Part shown: positions 14,201 to 26,840 of the stretch, in pieces
Layout of the letters: every line of letters begins with the position of its first letter
Position numbering within the stretch: position 1 is the stretch's first letter
NCBI GenBank assembly: GCA_002245135.1
Contig: NGBS01000315.1
Span: forward strand, 62,001-126,000
Length of the DNA: 64,000 nt
Origin: Proteromonas lacertae
Taxonomy: Eukaryota
Reading direction: 5' to 3'
Position numbers and translations under genes: made by a program
The notes under the pieces: generated by a model
Database searches by the model: none
Told to the model about the DNA's origin: nothing
Seen by the model: the letters and a program-made list of their open reading frames with translations, nothing else

Positions 14201-17200
14201 CTTCATTGTAATTATATCTATGACGATATGTATAAGTCCTTGGGAATGATAATAACTTGGAATCACAAGGTAAAGTAACTGTAATTCTTCTTATTCTAGC
14301 ATTCCTTAATTTCTCATGATTACTTTGAAGATATTGATTCCATTCATTTGGCAGTGTTTCATTATTATCTAATTGGTCAACATATTGTGTTATTGCATGA
14401 ATAACATGAATTGGTTGTTGTAATATTCCACCAGGTGTAGTCGGTGTTGGTGTTGACATTGGAGTTGAAGCTAATTCAGATGATTTTAATACATCCAATA
14501 CTGAATCTATATTCTCAATAATTGCTGTTACATCTGGTACAAATATCAAGATTCCTTGTCTTTCTACAGCTTCAGGTAATGCAGGATATTCTTCTTGAGA
14601 TATCTTATCTAATCCTGTCAATTGTATGCTATTAGTTGTTGTTGTTGTTGTTGCTGATGGTGTTGTTGGAGTTGATGGTGAATTTGTATCACTTGTAAAA
14701 TCTTGGAAATTAGCGATTGAATCACTAGGTGGAATAGAATTTGGAACATTCGGAGATTTGGAATGGAAACTGAACTTTAATGAAGAAATTCCTAAGTCAG
14801 TTTTGGATATTGAATCTAATGAATAAGCTGAATATATTCTTCTCAAATATATTTCCATTGCTAAAGATGAATAATCTGCATTTCGATAACTCATCATTGA
14901 TAATAACACATTATTCATATCTTCAGATAGATTCAATATTTCTTTAATCTTTGCATTTCTTTCTGTAAAATTATTACCACAATTAATAATTTCACTAAAA
15001 ATACTCTTTATTTTTTCTTTAATTTCATCATCATTTGGCATTTGTAATCTCATTAATAATAATCGAGCTTCCATTGCAACTTGAGCATATCTATTATCAT
15101 TTAATTGAGCCATATTATCTAAAACACTACTAAATTCTGTTAAACTCTTTTCTATATGAGTTAGCATTGGTAAATTCTTTAATAGTTTCACTACTAATTC
15201 ATTTCGAATTGTTAATGATTTGTGAGATAACATTATATCATATATTTTCATAAATCCATCCACTGAATTTTCATATTCTCTTTTCAACTCATTTATGATT
15301 TCATCTAATCGCAAATTCTCTAAAAATACATGTTCAGCTTCAATATATCTTTCAAATATATTTTTATATAATGTAATTTCTAAACCACCTATACCATGCT
15401 GATATCTTTCAGCTAATTGATATAATGGTTCACAAGTCTTCTTTATTTCTACTTTTTCTTGTTCACTTTCTACTTTTTCTAAGTATTTATCTATTATTTC
15501 TTTGATATCTCTTGCAGCAAATTCTCCTTGAGTTAATGACGAAGATCTGTTATTTGTAGCGACTTGAGGTTTAATTTCAATTTTACCATCTTGATTATAA
15601 GTAAACATATCAGGATTATCACACATTGAAGCTAATACTTTCAATTTCTTAACCAATTTATCAGGTAATCTACTCTTTATTACTGACATAATATCAACAT
15701 ATTCCATATAAGGAATAAATGTATTTTTAACAATATCAGTAAATTGAGAAATGATAGACGATAATTTATCATTACTTATATAATAACCATCTAATATTGC
15801 ATATATTCTTGTTTCTAATTTCTTTAATAATTCATGTGGACGTTTGTTTAATATATCATATTTATTCTCATTGACATCATGTAAAGTTCCATTATATATC
15901 TCAGAATGTTTTACTTTTGATGGATCATCTAATTTTAATCTTCCAATTTCATCACCTGGTGATATAACACTTCCTTCAGGTAATATAAAGGTAATTTCAC
16001 CATCTTCTGGACATAATAAAGGCATATACATCTTCATGACTTCTATTTCAGCATATGGTTTATTCTTATCAACATGACTTCCACTTTCCACTAAATATCT
16101 TGCTATCTTTCCAGCATTGGCAGATTTTAAGGTTGTTGGATCATATTCATTAGTAAATAAGCAGGTGACTGAATCTAAGATCATTCTTAAACCATTGGCA
16201 CTTTCTTGTAAATAAGCAACATGTGATTTATCATTATACATTATTAAAAATCCACCATCTGTTAAATCACGACATTCTAATGTTGCGAAAGTACCATTAC
16301 ATTCAACTGTATAATCCATTATTCCACTTTGATGGATGGTTAGTTTATACTTTGTATTATTATAAATTAGTTCCACATTTTGTAATATTGATATTAATTC
16401 ATCAGGAGGAACTTGACCTCTTTGTAAATAATTTACAAATTCATTTCTTCCTTCTTTAGTTTTTTTATGTGTTTTACACACAGCACCAACCATTATTACT
16501 AACAAATTATCTAATTTTCCACTACTACTAACATTATCTTGTAATCTTTTATCTAACCAACTTGTTGTAACGGTATATTCTTTAAATTCATTGGATTCTA
16601 ATAAGGAGATCAAATATTCTGTTGTTGTTCTTATATCTCCTCTTATTGTAAGATCTTTTAATGCATAAACCATATTTCTTCTTGCTTTACCTCTTGTTTC
16701 ACCCCAAGCAAATAAATGGCCAAATTGACTATCAGCATATTCATGTATTTTACCACTACTATCAATACTGAAATAACCCCAAACATTGGGAATTGTTCTG
16801 AAATTCAATTCTCTTAATTTACCACTAGTTGGTTGAAATCCTGCATCGGGATTTTCTGCTGTTATACGACAAGCAATTACATGCCCTTTCTTCAAATATT
16901 GTTGTGAATGTTCAAAATCAATTGGTGATGTTAGATATGGTAATTGGTTATACAACTTTCTTATATCAGGAATTGCATACAATGGAATACCCATTGAAAC
17001 CATTAACTGTGCAGCTGGTAAATTCACATTTGTAATCATTTCAGTTACTGGATGTTCTACTTGAAGACGTGGATTTAATTCCAAAAAGTAAAATTTCTTA
17101 TCATTAGTAAATAAGAATTCAACTGTACCTACATTTTGATAATGCACTAATTTAGCTAATCGTATTGCAGAAGCTGTCATTTCATTCCATATATTTTCAG

Positions 17201-18194
17201 GTGATGCTGCTAATGGAGGTCCTTCTTCAATTATCTTCTGATGTCTTCGTTGTACTGAACAATCTCTTCCACTTAATGATATACAATTATCATATAAATC
17301 AGCTAATAATTGAACTTCTAAATGTTTACTATCTTCACATACTTTCATTATAAAAATGGGAGATCCTGGAATTTCACCTATCACTTGTCTATATGATGAT
17401 TCTATTTGATCTCTACTTGTTACTAATCTTATTCCTTTACCACCACCACCTTCAGATGCTTTTATCATTACTGGATATCCAATTCTTTCAGCTGCTTCTA
17501 TTGCTTCTTCTGTATTGTGAATACTTGCTTTTTCATATACTTCTGTTGGGATTGTCATATCATCCTCTGATGGTAAAGTTAAACCTGAACCGTTCCATGC
17601 AATGGTAGGTACGCTTGCTGTCTGGGCAATTATCGTTGAACCAATTTTATCACCTAATGCTTTCATTGGACCAGCTGGAGGACCTATAAAACGAATTCCT
17701 TTTGACTCTAACTGGGTTGGTAAATCAGGATTCTCACTAGCATGTCCCCAACCTGCCCACACAGCATCTACTTTCATTTGTTCAGCAATTGACACAATTT
17801 TTACCACATTTGCATAGTTAAAATTATTTGTTCCACCTGGTACTTCAACTACTTGATCAGCCATACGAATATATCTATTTTTTAATTTATTACATAAAAT
17901 ATATTTTATACTCAGCATTAGCTTGTAGATCTTCTGGAGTTGCCATTACTACAAATTCTATAGTTTTTTCATCTCCAAAAGTTTCATAAGCCCAAGATCT
18001 TAAACTTCTAATACATTTAACTGCTGATAACCCATTATTTGCAATAAGTACTTTTTTTATAACTTTCTTCTTTTCACCTCTATAAAACATAAGAAAATGT
18101 AACAATACCCAAGTTCTTCTACTAATTCTTCTACAGTACTATATGTAGCAGAGAATGATTCAGTATGATTTCGACCAGTTTTTGTATTTTTCAT
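11244..18194 (-). CDS. ACC1: Multidomain eukaryotic acetyl-CoA carboxylase (BC-BCCP-CT)
   Basis: [28 protein letters not shown], biotinylation motif EVMKM and [11 protein letters not shown] at 18194, two short 5' introns, then one exon of about 6.6 kb. Confidence 0.97.
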
Positions 18195-18195
18195 C

Positions 18196-18300
18196 TTAAT
18201 TGAATGTTACGTAATTACAAAAACATCTGACGAAATCAAACCAATTCAAGCAAAAACTTGTTAATCAAACAGAAATTCAAACTATTATATATTTTTTCTA
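18196..18300. repeat. ACC upstream segment, copy 1 of 3
   Basis: ttaattgaatgttacgtaattacaaaaacatctgacgaaatcaaaccaattcaagcaaaa... recurs near-identically at 20177 and partly at 25219. Confidence 0.9.
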
Positions 18301-18695
18301 TTTACTGAAAAGAATTATGTAGTTAAAAAGTTGTATCACACTTCAAAGTAGAAAAAATTTCATATCACACTTCAATCGAATAATAGATAAATAACATTAC
18401 GATAAAGCTAATACAGTTTGAAAAGTGTGATCATCTATTATATCTTAGATAAACATCACCTTACTAAATATTTCACTCTCAATTAGATTGTTTACTTAAA
18501 TATCATAAGATATAATAACATATAATAACCTATATCAATTATATATATATCAAGATCCATTATTTCTTTCTACATCGCTATAAAAAGGACATGCAAATAA
18601 TTTGAATTACGATATTTGATTGGCTGATTATTAGCTTGATTTGATTGGTTATTTATTGAAATTTATAATTATCTATATCTGCGTTAATAGTCAAG

Positions 18696-20172
18696 ATGCA
18701 GTATCTATTATTATTTATTTTAATTTAATAGAAGACTATATGGTTATATTAGCTCTTATTTTAGCTCAAGTGTGAAGAGAAAACTAGAAAATGGTACAAT
18801 AGAAGATGAATCATTAGAAGATAGCACTATAAAACAGCAAAAAAAACATAGAACGGAATCATCATCATCTGTAGAGGAAAAGAACGAGGATGATGATAAT
18901 TTCGTTAAAATTGTCAATAGTTTGACATCTGTAGATTATTCAAAACTTGATAAAGATGGTAATGTCATTAATGGTGAAAACAAAGTATATTTAGAATATA
19001 AAGCTGAAGATGTCAATGTATTTCAATTCCCAAAGAAGACGATATACATCAGGGATTGTTATTGTGATATGTTTCGAAATATTTGTAAAATTATGTCATG
19101 CAGACCGTATATAAACAGAATAATAATCACAGGTCAGCCAGGTATAGGTAAAACATCGTTTATTTATGTTTTACTCTTCTTCTTAAAAAGTAATTTATCA
19201 AATAATGTTAATCCAGATGAAACGGAATTGCTAAAGCAAATAGAGTTAATTAAAGAACAAGAACATATTAAAAGAGTGAAGAGTGAATTACTTGATGAAG
19301 AGAGAAAAAGAAAAGAAATACTTGCTCAGGAAATACATTATATTGAAAAAGATAATGAAGAAAGTCAACAATTAATTAATGATTATGAAAAAGAGATTAA
19401 CAAATATTATAATCAGCTAAATAATATTATTAGTGGAAAAGATGTTGATGTAACTCCTAAGGTAGATTCTACACAAGATGGTATTTATACATTCACACTA
19501 TTTAATGAAATAATAAAAATTGATGTTTCAAATGAAAATAATATAAAACATATCAAAAAACATTGCCTTGATAATATTAAGAATATAGAGAATTTTATTA
19601 AAGGAAATAGTAGGATAGTAGGTGAAAGAATCGATAGTAAAAAATTGTCAACTTTTGAGGGAATAGTTCATAATGAAAGAAATAAGCAATATAAAAGATA
19701 TATAAATGCGTATGTAGTATCATCAAGCATAATGCATTGTATTGATGAGATTGATAAACTTAAAAATTCAATAATATTAGAAGATAGCAGAAAGGGAATG
19801 TGTATAAATGATATTAGTATGATTGAAAATTCATTACAATCAAATTCTGATATTTCATTAGATAAAGTAAGCTCAATTACATTAAAATATGATGAAATGA
19901 GAAAGTTGGGATTTAATTACTATATCTTAGATGAAAAAGTGTGGAAAAGAAAAATATATGTAGTTAAAGGAAAGAGATATCAAAATCTTAATGAAAGGAA
20001 AATATATGAATTTAAAGACAATTGTCTAAGTGTAAGTCATATAAGAGAAAATGATATGAAGGATTCGATAATAATAGTTGACACTTTCAATGGTAAATTT
20101 GGTTCTAATAACATAATAATTTCAATAAGTTCTCCTGATATTCATAATAATAAGTTTTCCTCATATTCATAA
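18696..20172 (+). pseudogene. Truncated Crinkler/RHS-like NTPase-B gene (gene E)
   Basis: ATG at 18696 plus intron 18701-18731 joins ORF 18772. It has IYIRDCY, Walker A GQPGIGKT, Walker B IIIVDT and SSPD, then stops where the paralog at 21186 continues. Confidence 0.75.
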
Positions 20173-20176
20173 TAAG

Positions 20177-20316
20177 TTAATTGAATGTTACGTAATTACA
20201 AAAACATCTGACGAAATCAAACCAATTCAAGCAAAAGCTTGTTAATCAAACAAAAATTCAAACTATTATATTTTTTCTAAATTATTTAATCATTTAATGC
20301 TGGTGGAGAAATGAAG
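20177..20316. repeat. ACC upstream segment, copy 2, fused to an NTPase-B coding fragment
   Basis: Direct match to 18196-18300; the tail aattatttaatcatttaatgctggtggagaaatgaa is shared with copy 3. Confidence 0.9.
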
Positions 20317-20475
20317 TATTATTTTATAGATGCTTTTAGTAAAGAAGATATTATGATGTAATTTCAAAAAGAATAGAAGATTATTTTGATATAAATATGA
20401 TAGAATTAATGAATATGAGATGGAATTTATATCATTAGAAGTATTTGATTATATTTATGGTTGTATAAAGATAAT
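20280..20475 (+). pseudogene. Decayed NTPase-B fragments
   Basis: Translates to NAGGEMKYYFIDAFSKEDI and YDRINEYEMEFISLEVFDYIYGCIK, matching YYFMDVFSKKEI and YDRINEHEMEFISDEVFDYIYDCVK of ORF 35610-37124. Confidence 0.75.
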
Positions 20476-21185
20476 GTGAAGAGTGAATTATATTTATATA
20501 CAGTAGAGAGAAGATATATGGTTTGAAAGGAAAAATGATGATCAAAATGAGCGTTAAATCTTTAAAAATAGTTGATACTTAATATAGGAATCATCAAATC
20601 TATTTCAAATAATACCATCCTCTTATTTCAATCTAGCAATAATCATGAGAGCCCAATGTAAAACTCAAGATTCAATCGAAGCAATGAAAAGTTACTGAAC
20701 TTTATAATATTCACTTCATTCAAAAAATCATCAAAAAATCACTAGTTATACAAAGATCTTATCTTAATTTAATCCTTAAAGTTGAATGAAATGTAAGTAA
20801 GAGATTTCGAAGTAATATTTTTTTCATTATGTCCGTATGAAAAACAAATGTTGTTGAAATATGTAGAAAAAAACAAAATATCGTTAAAATTTTATATAAT
20901 TATTATCAAAAATGAGTAATTATCTAAATCACTCTCAATTCTATTACTTACTTAAATATCATATGAAACGAGAATTTATAATCACCAAAATCAATTCTAT
21001 AAGTTGATAGATGATGCTTCTTCATCACTATAAAAATGACATGCAAATTATTGAATTTAAGCATTTTAATTGGTTATTTGTTGGCTTGATTTGATTGGTT
21101 ATTCAATCAAATTTATAATTATCTATATCTCTGTTATTAGCCAAAGTACGGTATTTATTATTAATAATTTTTATTAATTAGATAA

Positions 21186-24100
21186 ATGAGCTTTGTTTTA
21201 AGTCATTTGCCATTTAATATTAACAAATATGGTTTCTTAGTAAAAAAGATATATGAAGATTCATTTAGAAGTGAAGATGATTCATTGAAATTAGGTATAT
21301 TCCAAAAAAATTTAGCTGAAAATCAAGCATATACAATGAGAATCCAAATTCGGAATGCTAAGAGACTTGGTATTGGATATTCAAAAGTTATGTGTGGCGT
21401 AGTTTGTAATAAAATGGTAATATTAACCAGTGGAGCATCACAGTCAAATAGTATTGATGTAGTTGAAGTACATGTAAAAGACTTACAATTAGGTGCAATA
21501 TATGATGTAGAATACGACGTAAATAGCAATACTATGACAATTAGCAGACATGATAAGGTTATATGTATATTGAGAGATTTACAATGTATAAATGCAATCT
21601 ATCCTTTATTCATTTTATTTGAGAAGAATGATGAAATAGTAGTTATAGAAAAGGATAATATTAAAAGACGTGGAGATGATATTGGTGGTCAAAGGAAAAA
21701 ACGAAAAGTAGATGAAGAAGATAATTTCGTTAAAACTGTTAATAATTTAACGGCTGTAGATTATACTACTATTGATGGTGAAAAAAAAGTATATTTAGAA
21801 TATACAGATCAAAATGTCAATGTATTTCAATTCCCTATGAAGAGAATCTACGTTAGGGATTGTTATTATGATATGTTTCGAAATATTTGTAAATGTGTTT
21901 TATCAGGTAATAATAAGTATGTAGTAATTACAGGCCAGCCAGGTATAGGTAAAACATCGTTTATTTATGTTTTATTATTCTTTCTAAAGAATAATTTATC
22001 TCACAATTTTGGTAAAGATGAAAAAGATTTACTGAGGAAAAAAGAGTTAATTGTAGAAAGAGAAAATAATTTAAGATGGTTGAGTGAATTACATAAAGAA
22101 GAGAGAGAAAGAGAAAGTATTATTAATCAGGAAATAAAAAATCTTGAAAAACAAATAAAAAGAAATAAAAATAGGATTAGATTATACAAAAAAAAAATTA
22201 AAGAATTCTATTATAAACAACTAAAAGATAATATCTATGATAACATAAGTAGGGATTTTTATACAAACAATGAAAATATATATTCATTCACAATATTTAA
22301 AATAAACAAAGATTATGATTTCTCAAAAGAAAATGATGAAAAAGAAGTAAGAAACAGATGCTACGAAAATATTGAAAAGATAGAGAGAGAAATAAGAGGT
22401 ACAGAGAATGATATTGTGAATGTAGATGAAGTAATTGAAGTAAGTGAGATAATTAATTTTAAGAGAATACTTCATAATAAACTAGTTAAGCAATATGGCA
22501 GATTCATCAATGCATATTATCTATCATCGATTATAGTACAAAGAATTAATGAGATTAAAAAAGGAAATATTTTAATAGAAATGAATAGGAATAGAATTAA
22601 AAAGTATTTAAAAGAAAAGGAAGCAATAAAAAATAAATACAGTGAATTAAAGATATTAAAGAGAAATATGAAAAGTTCATTAGATGAAATAGAAGATATT
22701 AAAGGTTCATTACCACCAAATTATGATGAAATGGTAAAATTGGGATTTAATTATTATATTTTAGATGATATATGGAAAAATAACAATACCATTAAAGATA
22801 TTTATGTAGTTAAAGGAAAGAAATATGAAAATATTGGTGATAGGAAAATATATGAATTTAAAGATAATTGTCTGAGTAAAAGTGATATAAAAGAACGTGA
22901 TATTAATAATTCGATAGTAATAGTTGACACTTTCAATGGTAAATTTAACAATACTAACATAATAATATCCATTAGTTCACCTGATCATGAAAATAACGAT
23001 AAATATACAGATCCATTAGTAAGTAAACAACTATATTTTGATTCTTTAAATGATAGAGAAATAATAGACTGGTTTTCATTTTGCATCAATATAAACATTA
23101 GTGATTTAAAGAAATTTAAAGAAATATGCAAAAAGTATGGTAATATACCTAGACAAATCTATTACGATTATTTATATAATACAAATTATGGTAGAGATTA
23201 TTGGACTTATTATCAACAGCTGATAGAAAGTGTAGTAGGAACAACAGGTTATAATGAATTTGTACAAAAGTATATGAAGATGGAATATTTGTTAAATAAT
23301 GATTTATCCAATATTATATTAAAATATGATTTAGAATCAGAATGGGATAATGGTTTAAAACATTTTCTTTTAAAACCAAAAGAAAAATTAAAATTCATTT
23401 CAGAAGAAGTAGAAAAATACATTGTTTTTAAATTCTATCCACCTAAAGATAAGACAGAGTATGAGAATGTAAAAGATAAGTATAATTCAATTGATGATGA
23501 TAAATATACTAGAAAAATGGCATTAAAACAAATAATTGCGTATGAATTAAGCACTGAAATGATTGAGTTGATATATACAGATTCTGATGGTAAAGAAACT
23601 CCAATTGTCAGTGATGATGATTTCAAATTAAACTATGAAAAACAAGTGTATGTTCATTATCCTCCAAATGCATTGAATTTTGTTTATTATATATTGGACG
23701 AAAATAATTTCTTTGATTTGATAATGAATGGAGTATTTATAAAAGTATTATTAGATGATGAAAACTTTGATATAAATAAAATAACTCCTGAAGATAGAGA
23801 AAGAATGGAAAAATCTATAAGAGTATGAATGTATAATATATTTATAATAAAAATAGGAATATAGTGAGATTAAAAGTGGTGATTTTAAGTATTGTTTAAT
23901 AAAACATGAGAGAGTATATGATTATGATCCAAGATTTAACATTCCGCTTCCAGTATTACAACAACAATATCAACAGCAGCAGCAGCAACAACAACAACAA
24001 CGACAACAAGATTTTGATGTATATAATAATGATGGAAAATTGTTATTGATGAGAAAGTGCTTTTATGATATGTTGAAATTTATTTATCCTGATGATTTAG

Positions 24101-25200
24101 ATATGAATTATGAAAATCAAAGAATTTTTTGATATTTGGTCAAGAAAAAATTGGTAAATCAGTATTAGCTTCTATTATTATAAACAAAATTCATGAAAAT
24201 AATAAATATATTAGAATAGATTTTAGAAGTATAGATGGACAATCTGATATTAGTAATCATGATTGTTTTGATTGTGGATTTAATTATCCATATATTGTTG
24301 TTGTTGAAGGAGTTGTTGTTGGAGAAGATGATTATTCTGATGCAAAAATGATAATAGTGTTAGCTAATCCATGTGAAAGAAAGTATAAAACATTTCAGAG
24401 TAAAAGATGTCCTTTGGTGATGTATATACCTCCTTTTACAATAGAAGAAATAGAAAAGGTTAAAAAATTGAAAGATCGAGCAATAATCAAACCTGATAAG
24501 CCATTTTTAAAATACAGCGAAATACAAAGAATACCAGCTAATCCTATGAATAGAAATGAAAATGATAATAAAGAATTAAAAGACATTTTAGATAAATATC
24601 TTGACAACTATGAATATTATGGATGTGTAATTGGAAAATATTACTATGATATAAAAATGTGTGAAAGTCAAATAAATAGAGTAAACAAGGAAATGATTGA
24701 AAATATGATAAAAGGCATAAATATATCATCTATATCAAAGGAAGATTATCAGAATATACTTATATATGAGACAGATGAGAATGATGTTACTAAATCTAAT
24801 AATCTTCGATTTATCTCTGATACAGTAAGAAAAATTGTTTGTAATAAAGTATTAACAATTCATTCATTCAAAAGATGTAATGGAAAGAGAGATTTATTGT
24901 TTGAATATCCAATTGGAAGATTTGCTATGAAAGAATAATATTCTTTTTGATGAAAAATTCTAATGATTTTAGAAAGTTGTTATAAACTATTACTGACTTC
25001 AGTTACGAAAATACTTTCCCAGACATTGATGCATTAATTGGACCTTTTGGTATTTTAAAATGAAGGTTATAATAATAAAAGAGATCATTCTACAACAGTT
25101 GATTTAGAATTAAAATTTGGTTATTATATTATGAATCCAAGAAGAGACGTTAATCTAAAAAAAGTGGATAGAAATGCAATAGCATATCCATATGTTTTTC
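21186..25200 (+). CDS. Crinkler/RHS-like gene D: SPRY-like + NTPase-B + polyQ + NTPase-A + REase remnant (frameshifted; 3' end uncertain)
   Basis: GQPGIGKT module, intron 23823-23856, polyQ and LMRKCF, then a frameshift near 24121 leading to GQEKIGKS/EDDYS/SKRCP. FPDIDALI appears in another frame near 25015. Confidence 0.7.
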
Positions 25201-25218
25201 AGAAACTGACAAATAATT

Positions 25219-25325
25219 TGACGAAATCAAACCAATTCAAGCAAAAGCTTGTTAATCAAACAAAAATTCAAACTATTATATTTTTTCTAAATTATTTAAT
25301 CATTTAATGCTGGTGGAGAAATGAA
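25219..25325. repeat. ACC upstream/NTPase chimeric segment, copy 3
   Basis: Matches 20209-20316 and is followed directly by the 5S rDNA unit. Confidence 0.9.
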
Positions 25326-25880
25326 AAAGATTTGCAATCCAATTATTTCCTCATTTTTTTATCTATATAAATTAAATTATTATCATACTTCAGTATTATA
25401 CACTTATATTCACCATTAAACATCATTTACACATTAATTTCACAAAATTACTTTTTATATTTAAGCCGTTTCTTTTATCAATTTTCAGTTTTTTCTCTTT
25501 AAATCATCACTAAGCATAGATAATGATATAATAACATGAATAGATTGATATATTTTTTATTTTCTTTTAATATAACATTATCAATATGATTTAAAATGTT
25601 TATAAGAAATAATAAAAGAGAGAGTGATATATAAGAAAAAAGAGTGAAAAATTAATCAGAATCGTTCATATCTACAATAAAGCACCGCATCCCATCAGAA
25701 CTGCGAAGTTAAGATTGTACGAGCTATGATAGTAGTACAGTGGGGGACTCTGTGCGAAGTCATAGTAACGATTCTTTTTATTCTTTTTGTTTATTTCTTT
25801 TTTCTTTCTTTTTATTATGATGTAGAACAGGTATAGAAACAATAAAATAACATAAACAAATTGAATTAAAGTCAATCGTA
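25325..25880 (+). repeat. Dispersed copy of the 5S rDNA unit with flanks
   Basis: Aligns by eye with about 51845-52400, including the upstream spacer and downstream T-rich flank. Confidence 0.85.
25658..25776 (+). rRNA. 5S rRNA
   Basis: About 119 nt. Helix I ends AGAATCGTT/AACGATTCT, conserved AAAGCACCGCATCCCATCAGAACTGCGAAGTTAAG and TAGTAC..GTGGGGGAC, and an oligo-T Pol III terminator. Confidence 0.93.
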
Positions 25881-26067
25881 AAATAATCGTAAACTTATTA
25901 ACGATTCTTAATTATTTGTATTAAACTCCTATTCAACATACTTCTTTCATTTAATATAAATAATATAGCGAAATAATCCAAGCAACTGTAATTTTACAAA
26001 ATAAAATACATATATTAGTAAAATATGAGTGATAGTTATAGTAGAAAAAAAATTAAAAAGAGATTGA

Positions 26068-26557
26068 GTCAATGGTTCAAATTAAGAGCTTTAGCTCAAG
26101 CTCATAGAAATAAATTCTTTATAAATTTAAACATATTATTTTAATGAGCAAAAAAACTAATAGTCCAAATTCTATTCATGCTCATCTTTTCTGTACACAT
26201 AATAACAAAAACTTAATTCGAAACATAAACTAATACCATATATATAGTTATTAAATTCAAATTTAGTAAGATTAGAATGATTTTTAAAATAATTCCATTC
26301 AACTTCAAATTCTAGACATTTGTTGATTTAACTATGTTATATTCATTTTTACTCTTTACTTTACATAAGTTTTCATCAATTCGTTTAAAGTTGTCATTTT
26401 AGATAAAAGTATGAAAATTTAACTAACTCGCATCATAAAAAATATGGTTATATAATTATCAACAAAAACTCCTCACATTATGATATATTTTGATAATCAT
26501 TTAAAATGCTGAATTTCTTATGACGCTGAGCTTAAGCTCTTAATTTGGATCATTGCC
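26068..26557. mobile_element. Candidate MITE, about 490 bp, with about 42-bp imperfect terminal inverted repeats
   Basis: Left gtcaatggttcaaattaagagctttagctcaagctcatagaaa vs reverse complement of right ggcaatgatccaaattaagagcttaagctcagcgtcataagaaa. No coding capacity; flanks TGA/TTA. Confidence 0.6.
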
Positions 26558-26840
26558 TTAATGTCTAATAATAAATTCAACCAATCAACATAATTTAAAC
26601 TTCCATCTCCTTATATACAACGAGGAAAAAAAAATAAAAGAACACAATTTGATTGGTTAAAATGAACGAATTTAATTGGTTATAGAAGGAGTTATTTTAT
26701 TGGTTACACTTGGATTAATTTGATTGGTTAGTAATTCTAATTATTTTTGCTCATATCTCAGTTATAAGCTCTTTTCACACCATTATTGTATATATTTTAG
26801 AAATATTGTAATGTATTTTATAGAATAATATAATATAATA

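Noticed and set aside
11567..17817. Short plus-strand ORFs overlapping ACC
   Set aside because: Antisense shadows of a strongly conserved gene with no protein-like motifs.
1346..18194. Blastocystis-type stop codons created by polyadenylation (downstream TGTTTGTT motif)
   Set aside because: All complete housekeeping genes here end in an encoded TAA, and no correctly placed motif was seen.
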